DNA of 64,000 nt from Klebsormidium nitens. Its lineage: Eukaryota; Plantae; Klebsormidiophyceae. The stretch lies in the NCBI GenBank assembly GCA_000708835.1, contig DF237109.1:64126-128125 (forward strand), written 5' to 3'. Below are positions 54,336 to 64,000 of the stretch, one piece after another. Made by a program: the position numbers and the translations under genes. Every line of letters begins with the position of its first letter. Position 1 is the stretch's first letter. Under the pieces are notes generated by a model. That model was given only the letters and a program-made list of their open reading frames with translations. It was not told the origin of the DNA and ran no database searches.

Positions 54336-57300
54336 ATGGCATCTGAGGATGAGAGGAATGGTGGTGCAGTGGGCCCAGAACCACCACAGAAGTCCAGCCA
54401 CGGAAAGGCATCAGATTCAGCGTTGCGTAAGAAGAAAGGAAGTAGCCACCATGCGGAGCTAGAAAGCGGAAAGTTTGAAGAGAATAGCAGAAAGAAGTCT
54501 TCGGCAGGGAAGGTGAAGAAGAGGAAGCATGAAGCAAATGGGAAAGATACGACGGAAGCGGTGGGTGACCATGAAAAGAAACACAAAACGCCCGTAGAAG
54601 ATAGTCAGAAGGTTAGGAAAAGTCCTGACACCAGCAGGGGGCCTCGACATCATGTAAGCGAAGGGGAGGCTAGTGGTGGCAAAGTTGCAAAGGATAAGAA
54701 GAAGAAAGAGGCGAAAAACCTGAAACAAAAAGCGGTCAAGAATGCAGCAGAGGTTGCCACCAAGCCGGATACTCAGAGCACGGGTCATCAAGGAAGGGAC
54801 TGGACGGTGTCGATCGCAGTCGCTGGGTCTATCGTGGACAACGCGCAGTCGCTTGAGTTAGCCACCGCTGTGAGTGGTCAAACTAATGAATTGGCATCAC
54901 CTCCATGAAGAACTTGTGAAGTTTCCAACTGCCGTTGCTGAGTGTGGGGGCTGAAGCTTGAAGCCCTTTCTCGTCATTCCACTGATGACTGTCTTTTTCA
55001 CACACCCATGTCTTTTCAGCTCCTGTTTCATCCCTTTGCAGCTGGCGGGCCAGATTGCTCGAGCTGCGGCCATCTTCTGCGTCGATGAGGTGGGGAAGCT
55101 GTAGTTTTCAAATCTTGTTGGTCGCAGGTTGTTGAGCAATTCAAACATTCCCCCCACTTGGAAGTCACTTACTTATGATCAGCTGAGGGTCAGGCACATC
55201 AAAGTTAGAGATATGGGGGCTATCAGTTTTGCACTGCTTGCCCATACCTTCTGTTCTTATTCCAAAATGGAGAGCATCCAGCAAGCGCAGGGTACATTAT
55301 ACCACCGCAGTCTGAAGTCAAGCTCATGGGATGTTTCCGAGACCTATGCCGGGCACCCACCTATCTATTCTAGTCAGCAGATCTGAGCACTGCCCTGTTT
55401 GTCAAGCATCAAACTGAAGTTTACATTGATCCAAAGGTTACCTACCAGTACAAGGTAGTTGGAAAGGGCTTCCGCTGAGCAATTTCCACTCCCACTCAAC
55501 ACTCTTCTTAAAAACGGCTTCTTCAGCTGCCCCGACAAACTGATTGATGGCCCCACTTTTCCGCTCCCCAGGTGGTTGTATTTGAAGACGGCGACGATGA
55601 CCCTGGCCGTCGGGCTCCCCGGTGGCGCCGGGGCGAGGCGGGCGATAGTGGGGCAGTGTTTCTAGCCAGGCTGCTGCAGTACTGCGAAACTCCGCAATAC
55701 CTGCGACGGCACCTTATTCCCATGCACCCAGACCTGCGGACAGCAGTAAGTGGCGCGCTTCTTGAGTCGTGCCCAGAGTCCCGTGCTCATTGTAACTCGT
55801 AGTAATTCTTATCCAAGTCCTGGTCGGTTTCAGATTCACTCACATGCGGCTCTCTAGCTCTTCAGTAGACCGTACTTCACACGGTCGAACATCGATCTGT
55901 GGTCGATGTGTCCTGAAAAGCTGGGATGTTATGGTAGACTGATCCTTTTCTTCCGCCAAGTTGATCTGCATAGTGCTGCTTGCGAGACAAGTATTCACAC
56001 TGCTGCCTAAGCCTTGTACAAGCAAGAACTTCCTAGCCCGATTCCTGGCATCCTACCGAGATGAAATGTGGTTCGATGGTTGGCAGATGAAAAGGCTCCT
56101 CTGCACATCTACGCTCGTAGCTGCCAACACTAGAGTTTCCTCTTCAAACGCCGCATCGTTGCTCGTCCCGTTCAGGGTTTGCTGGCCCCTCTGGACGCTC
56201 CGCACCACGCGCGGGCTCACGAATGGATCCCCTATCGTGAAGGTGAGTCAGCTCCACCTGCGGCCGCCCGTTACGATTTTCGCCTCAGCTTATGCTTGTG
56301 TTAGCATTCCATCAAGAGCCGAACTTGTTCGAGGCAATGCGTTGTTCAAAGAAGGAAACAAGAGTGCGTTGGATACCTCCTCCGGCAAGGTAAAGTCTGC
56401 ATTTGTATTGGGTTCGTGTCTCGTTAAAAGACGACAGATGATTGTTGAGACCTGAGGCGTCTGGGTCAGGAAGTGGCACTGGTAAACTTGCCTCGACTTC
56501 CAGGATCATAACAGCGATGGTTACAGCGAGAAGTAAACCGGTGAGAATCAGAGCAAGTAAAGCATGGAGAGCGCCCCGCACGGGGAGGAACTTTGGGCCC
56601 TGAACAGCACTGCGCCTGGTTATCTCACCGGAGCGCGTCCCTGTTGTGTTGCAGGGGTGGTGGTCGTGAAACCGAGCGCCGGAGGCAAAGCCAGCGGGGG
56701 CAGCGGCGCCCTCGTCAACGTGGGGCTGCAAAAAGTGCGCTCTCTTGCCGAAATTTGTATTTCTGGGCCGTAGTTCGACCTTAAGTCAAACCACTCATAC
56801 GCTGGGTAAAGAGCTTTGATCCCCGCTGCCGCTCGCGAGGAGGATGTGTCGGTCGTCCTTGCGGCCGTTTGGTTTGCTTAAGTTCCTCTCGAGTTCCACG
56901 GCAAAATAGCACGCTCACGTCACGCCTTGTTGCAGGAGGTTCGCATCGCGCAGTCCCTTGAGGCGGGCCTGCGGGTCACAATGGCTATGGGCGACTCGCG
57001 AGAAGCGCTGGACGCGGGTGAGAGGACACCGGACGTTCGCAACTTGCGTCTTCTGCGCAACTGCAACGTCAATTCTCTCTCGAGATGTCAGCGTGTATTG
57101 TTGAGAAGCACGTCAAGGGTGCTCAAGCGAAGCGTGGTCGGTCAACGTGGATAACTGATGACGTCAGGGCTTCGAGACGAGACGCTCGAAGTCCAATTCA
57201 CTGCCCATCACAACCAAAGGTCCTTCATTGATTCGCTAATTCGCGCTCGCCAGCTTCCTCGCAACCCCGGCTCAGCATCATCAATCAAACCTTTTGGGTT

Positions 57301-58973
57301 CAAGAGCTTTTCCGTTCAGAAGCGATTCCGTTTTTACAGCTTCTACTTCTTCTTTTTAACTGGTTTGCTTTGCGCCCCACAGGGCGGCCGCTGAGTGCCG
57401 TGTCTCCGTCGGAGCCCCGCGAGCGGCTGGGGCTGTACTGGGGCTACACCGTCCGCCTCGCCAAAGGCCTCAGCGGCGTGCTCGCAGAATGCCCCTACGC
57501 GGTGAGCCTCATTGTTCCGCTGTTCGTCGTCGCTAGACGCTGGAGACGTGCAGTTGGCTCGTCTGCTTCCTAACCCTTTGAAGCTTGGGGAAGTCAAACG
57601 CAAACGGTGCTTGTGTTGCTGTCAGTCTCCTATGGTTAGTTTTTAGAAGGTTCCACATTTACCAGATTTCCGCGTTTGAAGATTCTGGAGAGCTTCGCAA
57701 CATACGATATTGTTTCGTCTCATCCTCGCTGTATCTCTCACTATAGGCAGGCTACGACTACACGCTGGGGACGTCCGAGCACGGAGAAAAGCTCCAGAGC
57801 ACGGAATTGACACTGCCCGCCTTCAAGTGAGCTCGCGCGCCTTGATTTAACTGTGCGGTGTCAAACAGGGGGCGCTGCTGACAATCTTCGTTTGTGTGCG
57901 GACGCTTTCGATTCCCAACAAACTCAAAGCACGTTTTTCATTCTCTCGCCACAAAAATGAAGCTGTGTCTAAAACTGCGCTTGGTTTGGACGTGGAAGAA
58001 AATGGTCACAAGAAGCAAAAACTCGACCTGTTGACGTCATGTGACGCCGTCGTGACCGAGACACAAGCTCTTTGGTGCGCAGGCACTTGCTGATTGTGTT
58101 CGGGGGTTTGGCCGGGCTCGAGGAGAGCACCGAACTGGATGGCGATATCGAAGTAAGGCGTTTTTTCCTTGCAAGTTTCCCAGCCAAGTGATGTCTCGGA
58201 CGAAGTGCAATTTGTCCGCGATGGCTGCCAAATGGGCCTCACTCTGGCTTACGGTTTTTTTCGGATGGCGTACGTGCCCTCGTAGCAAGATCGAGCCGTT
58301 CCCGTTGATGCAACTTGGTGTTAAAGCTTGGTAGGCTTCACGTACGTTGTTTGCGAAGTGGTCTCAGTCGCGTCACACAGAGGCCCATCAGATGAGGCGG
58401 CTCTTCACGTGGGGAAGAGCCGTGACTCGCTTTTATCCAGACTACTTTGCGGTGCGGTGTGAAATTCCGAACAGCTGTGCCAGGGCAGCCAGTTCTACCG
58501 CCCATATTGCAGCCGGGTTGATCTCCAGCGCCGCGTGCAGGTGAAGGACACGGCGGCGCTGTTCGACAGGTACCTCAACACGTGCTCCGGCCAGGGCAGC
58601 CGCACCATCCGCACAGAGGTGAGTATGCGCGGCACCGCAAGGCATGTGTTGCATATGTATATGGGCTCGTGCCAAAAAGCATAAATTCCCTGCCGGGGAG
58701 CTATTTCCAAGCTGTGTGTTGGACTATCTGACCCATCGCATCGTCTCGGCAACCAGCATTGAGCATTCTTTTGGTGCTGAAAGACTCTGTACATTTCACC
58801 ACTGAGATAGAGTGCAAAGCTGCACACTGGGTGAGCAGTCTTTCCGGTTTTCCCGGAGGTCCCTTTCCTGGTTGAGCAGCCGTCACTGACCCCCGCTCGT
58901 CCTCTAACAGGAGGCGCTGCTGATTAGCCTGACGTTTCTTCACGAGCCCATCCAAAGAGCGGTTGGCAAATAG
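54336..58973 (+). CDS. SPOUT1: SPOUT-family RNA methyltransferase (C9orf114/SPOUT1/CENP-32, DUF171) with a Lys-rich N-terminus
   Basis: WTVSIAVAGSIVDNAQSLELATA|LAGQIARAAAIFCVDEVVVF; LLQYCETPQYLRRHL..HPDLR; GLLAPLDAPHH; YWGYTVR; GYDYTLGTSEHG; HLLIVFGGLAGLE; FDRYLNTCSGQGSRTIRTEEALLISL. Confidence 0.93.
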
Positions 58974-59923
58974 TAAGAACCCCACAGGACGAGATCTGCA
59001 AAGAGCTCAGGCGGCGCGCCGCCTGCTTGTTGACCGGGAAGCATAGCTGTAGGGTCGGTTAACCGGGAACATGAGGGCAGCTGTCAAGGTACCCCGGAAA
59101 AATACCATCCTTAACTTGTTAGTGTCAGCGCAAAGAAGGGCGCTCGAGGACGCCATGCGTCAACTGCGGACAACGCATGCAGGCTCTCAATCACAATGCT
59201 AATTTGATGCTACAATCAACGCCACTGACTGACTAAACGTGAACATGCATATTGTCGCGAATTAGTATTTCGATGGAGTTTTGTTGAAGGCCGGTGCGGT
59301 ACCCCGGCATGACGTGACCGCTGCGGTGCACCCGGCCGGGTTCAACGATCCAACCAATCATGTGCAATGCAATTATTATATAATGTGGACCAAACATGCC
59401 CGCCATGCACTTTCATACTGCGTACTGCCGCGTGTGTCTTCGCGCAAATTTGAGCCTTGGATGACGGTTGCAGTGTTTGTAAGTGAAGTTTGCAATGGTA
59501 CGTCTTTTATAAATCTATCTCATGCCGCTACAGGACGGTGCTCTCCAACGTTTTGCAATCATGTGGACTCTGAGTAGATATCTTACACAAATTTTCTGAT
59601 AACGTGTAATCGAATCTGCTATCACTTACTTGTCACTTCAGTGAGTTTTCAAAGCAATACTGAATCTGCTTCGATTCCTGATCAGATATGTCGAAACTCA
59701 AATCAAAGGAGACTACAGTAAAGGATACTACTAATAATGGATTCACTGCGGCGCTGCAGCAACGAACTTAGTGTCATGGTCAAGTGACCATAGGTACTAG
59801 CCCGGCTGCTTCCAAGCTAGTACGGGACACGTCGAATACGTTGACAACTGCCCATATACTAGTGAGTTCAAGCATATGTACACCACAGTCTTCATCCCAA
59901 GTCAAGCAGCTGCGCCTTCATCC

Positions 59924-62900
59924 TCAGCTCGCCGGTTGCCGCCGGCCCAGGGACAAGGTCCGCTTCCACGGCTCTTGCACTTGTCTGACCGTCCACTTCA
60001 CCTTGTGGGGCAGCGTCTGCGAGCGGTAGCGCTCCTTCCGGTCCTCCAGCGACTCGTGCGGCTTCTCCACAATGTCCAGGTACTGGGCCTCACGCCAGAA
60101 AAAGTAAAAGGCAACAGCTGCGCCGGGGCCCACCACAAGGGTCGCCGCCGCAAAGAGCGCGGCAGCCTGGAGGCCCTCTTGAACGAGGGGGATCATGAGA
60201 AAGCCTGTACGGAATCGCATTGCGTCAACATCCATCGCCTTCATGACACCTCACCACCGCGAACAATTTTCTTGTCGTGTCCGCCATCGCTTTTGGACAG
60301 GAAGAACGGGTAGGCGTGTTGTTCGAACCACTCGAGAGACTTTGATCGAGCAGGTTCCGATCGTCACACCAGCACTCCTCACCCAGATTTCTACTCGAAT
60401 CTCAAATGCAAATGTACACTGATCAGCCAGCTTAGACAGTTGCTCGGCACACAGATTCCGACAAGACTTGCCGCGCCCACCTGCCCAGAGCACGATCTCG
60501 TCGACCCAGATGAAGAGGATGGTGTGCAGGTGCCCCTCGTAGTGCATCAGCACGTTATACAGGCTGCTCACGATCGTCGGGTCCTTGATCACCGCAATGA
60601 TTGCATACATGTGCCAAGCGATGCACCCGCCCGCAATGATGAGCAGCGAGTTCATCGCCGCGCGGTGGCCCTTGATCTGCTCCCTGTCAATGGCAGCAGC
60701 AACGGTCGTGTGCTTGTGCATCTTTGGCGGCCCGCGGCCGAAGGGGCTCCAGATGAGCTGCCACAGGAGGGGCGTGGTGAAAAAGAGCGCGGTGTTCCAG
60801 ATAAACTTGGCCTTGTCGTGGCTCAGCACCATGCCCGCCAGGAACGGGATGAAGCCCACTATGACCACCACGCACGCAGCCACAATGCGCGCCTGGTGGA
60901 CGCGCTTCGGCCGCACGTCGTGGTCGAACTTGAGGGCGGTTGACGCGACCTGCAGGAAGGAAAGCTGGCTCGAGCGCGGACCAATGGCCGGGGGGGTGCA
61001 CAGGTCCCGACTGAGCCCTCTTAGTAGAGAAATTCCGCAGGCGGAGGCTCTGGAAGCGAGGGCTCTGAAGAATGACAGCTCATCTAGATGCAAGAAAAAG
61101 GTTTCAGCACTACGGTGGATCCAATTAGCGGCCGCCTCGGACATTCACAGCCGTCGATAGAACCATCCAGCACTTCCAAGGGCGGGTCTGGTTGCGACCA
61201 TTCTTGGCCCGCTTGCGGTGCGCACCTTGTTGAAGCTGAGGTAGGCCACGATCCAGACGAGCGGCGTGATGACGTATGACCCGATGACGAGCGCCACGAC
61301 CACGACCAGCGTGTAAAAGTGCACGAAGAAGTTGGTGCGCGCGTCCACGCGGGACGACTCAATGGCGCCCGCCATCTGCCAGCCCAAGTGGGTCGTGATC
61401 TGCAAGAGTGGCAGGCAGGGGCTTCATCAGATTGGACTGGTTTCATGTATACTGGGAATCGGCAGACAGATCCTGCCGTGATAGTAAGCCTACTCGATCA
61501 ATGCAGGATACAGATTCCGCACCTCTTACCCTCAGCAAGCAGCAATCATGATACGATATCCAAACAGTATGACAAATCCAACTATGGTGCTGTGCCAAAG
61601 ATCGCACACAGTGCATGGCCCTTCACAATGACTACAAAGAGCCGCTACGAGCAGACGACAGCAGAGCTATACTATGACAAAAGAAAGAGAGAGCAACAGG
61701 AGTCAACAACTCTTACAAAGTATCCCAGCGGAATGATGCCGTACGTCTCGCTGTTGGCCATGGTCTCAAAGAAGGGCACAACAAAGCCCAGGAAGGCGTC
61801 AAACCCCAAGATCCCAACGTAGTGCGGCTGTAAAAGAACAAGGTGCATGGTAAGCAAGCAAAAGGAGGTAGCGCACTGTGCAAGAGGAAAAGGGACTGCC
61901 TTGACTGTGAATAGGGTTGCAATTAAGGGTACAGTGCAAGCATGATGGTGGCGGGTGACCTGGAACAGAGAAGTTGGCAAGGGCCGAGGTGGGCGTTGCT
62001 GAAATTGCCAACGGGCGACTGTTGTGGGGTGTATGCAAGTGCGTCATTTATACTGCAAAGTGGCGCCCCCCGGCAACACTTTGAATCTGTGATTCTGATT
62101 GCTCGTGGAGAGTTTCACGAGAGGTTACTTTGCACAAGGTTATGCATAAATCCAGTCAGAACAACAGTCCTCCTTTCTACCGTCCTTCTGACTAGTCGCA
62201 ACCAGAGAACCATTGTTCTGACACACTCCCCCAACAAAACCAGGTCACAAAAACTCGGTACAGCCTCAGTTTCTCCTGTTTGGCTGTTGTAGAATCTTCA
62301 GTCAAACACAAGAACAGGTGCACGTCCTGAGCAAGCTTACGTTGAAGTGCTCCTTGATGAGGTTGGCGATGAGGGGATCCTTGAAGTAGGGGGTCATGAT
62401 GGTGGTCAGGACCACCCCCGCCACCAGAGTGATGGGCACCGGCGCCAGGTGCTTGTATTGCCACCATAAGCCCCTGGACTGCGAAGGTGTGCCTGCCGAC
62501 ACAAAAGGTGACCATCTGAGCCCTCCTCAGACATTTGTCGGTCTTGAATTGTGTCACTCAATTATGCGAGGCCCATCACCTCACTCCAAGTTCACTTTGG
62601 ACGCACACTCCATTGCAGGGACAGACATGCCATAGCGTTCTTTTGTGGACTGCTTAGAAGTGGGTGTTTCTTTGAGCTTTTCCAAGGTGCCACCTTGGAC
62701 GACCTTTGCGTTCGCCAGCCCAGTCGACCTCCTGAGTGCCGTAATTTGAGCAAGGCAAGCGCAGGGGGCTGGACTTGGTAGCCCAACAGAGCTGACGTCA
62801 AAGCGTGCAGCCAGGGTTGATCAATACGAGCGGGGGCTGGAGACATCTACCTTCCAGTGGAGCTGCGGCCCCGGCATCATTCAGCCTCTCATCCAACGCC

Positions 62901-63584
62901 TGCAAGGTCCCACAAGAACTCGTCAATTCAATGAGCATCCAATCCACTTTGGCGCCTCAGGGTCCTTCTGAACCAACGGCGATGACTGAAATGATTCTCC
63001 GCAAGTCATCAGAGAAGGCACGCTTGAAGTACAGACAGATTTTGCCATGTGTGGTGCTTGTGAAAAGCAGTAGAAAGTGGGGGGATCCCCTTGTCGCAGA
63101 GATTATGGCCCTAACAGGTGTTTGGCCAGGCCCCACTTTTTCTGTCAAGTGCGATTAACGGCTGTCATTCAAGCATTCTTTCAAGCCAGCTGACCTGATC
63201 GAAAGACAAGCACCACAGCTGGGTGGATAAAGCATGTTCGTTTGTCAATTCGCTGTACCATAGGTCCACATCCTGTGGCCAAATGAGCACATTGAGCAAC
63301 CTTGTGAAAGTGGACTCATTCCCAGGTTTCAGAATCACTCCTTTTGTTGGCTGGCCCCATTGGTTCCCCAAGGGCGCGTTCCGCGCTAGGGCACCAATTG
63401 GTTGTCTCACAGTCTGTGTCACAAGAGGAAAGATTCCAATCGTACCCAAGGAAAGATGTCGTCATCATTCACTAGCGCTGACCTGCCCTTCGCCGATGGC
63501 TGGTGCATCTGCTCTTCGCCTTCGCAGAAGCTTGGGATCCACCAGCTCGGGAAGGTCCGTCGGCTCCTTGCTGGAAGACGTCAT
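59924..63584 (-). CDS. Multi-pass membrane protein resembling fungal CtvD/AurD-type (epoxide hydrolase/cyclase-like) proteins; exons near the 5' end uncertain
   Basis: Hydrophobic exons near 62331-62479, 61709-61829, 61226-61400, 60481-60950 and 59924-60203. Motifs PHYVGILGFDAFLGFVVPFF, GAIESSR, VIGSYVITPL, WVDEIVLW, GPGAAVAFYFFWRE. Putative start MTSSSKEPTDLPEL at 63584. The coding region is clear; the family call is from memory. Confidence 0.6.
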
Positions 63585-63856
63585 TGCCCCGAGCTCAGGT
63601 GTGGGAATTGGCGTCAGTGCTGCTTGCCACGCAATGCCTGCCCAAGTCCTGCAGCCAGCAAAAGAAACGCAAGTCCAGGGCGCACACGCTCGGATAAGGG
63701 AAAAGCTGTGCTAAGAAGCGCACACCTCGGTTTCAGGGAATGCTGTAAACACTTGTGCCAATGGTATTAGGTATTATGATGCTTGCGGCTTGCCGCCCTG
63801 CCATTGCTTTCGAGTACAGGTGGAGGCTGGGACCTCAGGCCCAGGGCCCAGGCTCT

Positions 63857-63926
63857 AGACTACGGTAGATTACCGTATGATGGGTACCTAGCTCTCTAGA
63901 TAGCTCTCTAGATAGGTAGCTCTCTA
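63857..63926. repeat. 12-bp tandem repeat (tagctctctaga x about 3) next to a tacggta/taccgta palindrome; possible TE terminus
   Basis: gactacggtagattaccgta ... tagctctctaga tagctctctaga taggtagctctcta. Confidence 0.45.
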
Positions 63927-64000
63927 CGCGGTAGAACTCATCTCCATTCTACCAAACCGGATTCCTGCACGCGAACTTCGATTAGCAGTGTTCGATATGA

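Overview
Intron-rich eukaryotic nuclear DNA with GC3-rich exons and plant-type genes. This fits a streptophyte green alga such as Klebsormidium, which is an inference from gene content. Eleven protein-coding genes alternate strand perfectly: Munc13-like C2-MUN-GRAM-GRAM (-), plastid thioredoxin z (+), HSBP (-), TlyA-like rRNA methyltransferase (+), JJJ1/DNAJC21 (-), Rab11/RABA (+), CWC22 (-), plastid uL4 (+), HEN2/MTR4 helicase (-), SPOUT1-like methyltransferase (+), and a multi-pass membrane protein resembling fungal CtvD/AurD-type proteins (-). A non-autonomous TIR transposon with a TA target duplication, containing an assembly gap, lies at 23.7-25.5 kb. The main unusual observations are: (1) a Munc13-4/BAIAP3-like tether with a Ca2+-type C2 domain and two C-terminal GRAM domains; (2) recurrent intronic arrays of duplicated 3' splice site plus exon-start cores, about 120-165 bp apart, in two genes; (3) a fungal-type membrane hydrolase/cyclase-like gene; (4) an AT-AC (U12) intron in HSBP; (5) a head-to-head telomere-like repeat inside a HEN2 intron. 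Exon models were built by eye; no database searches were run.
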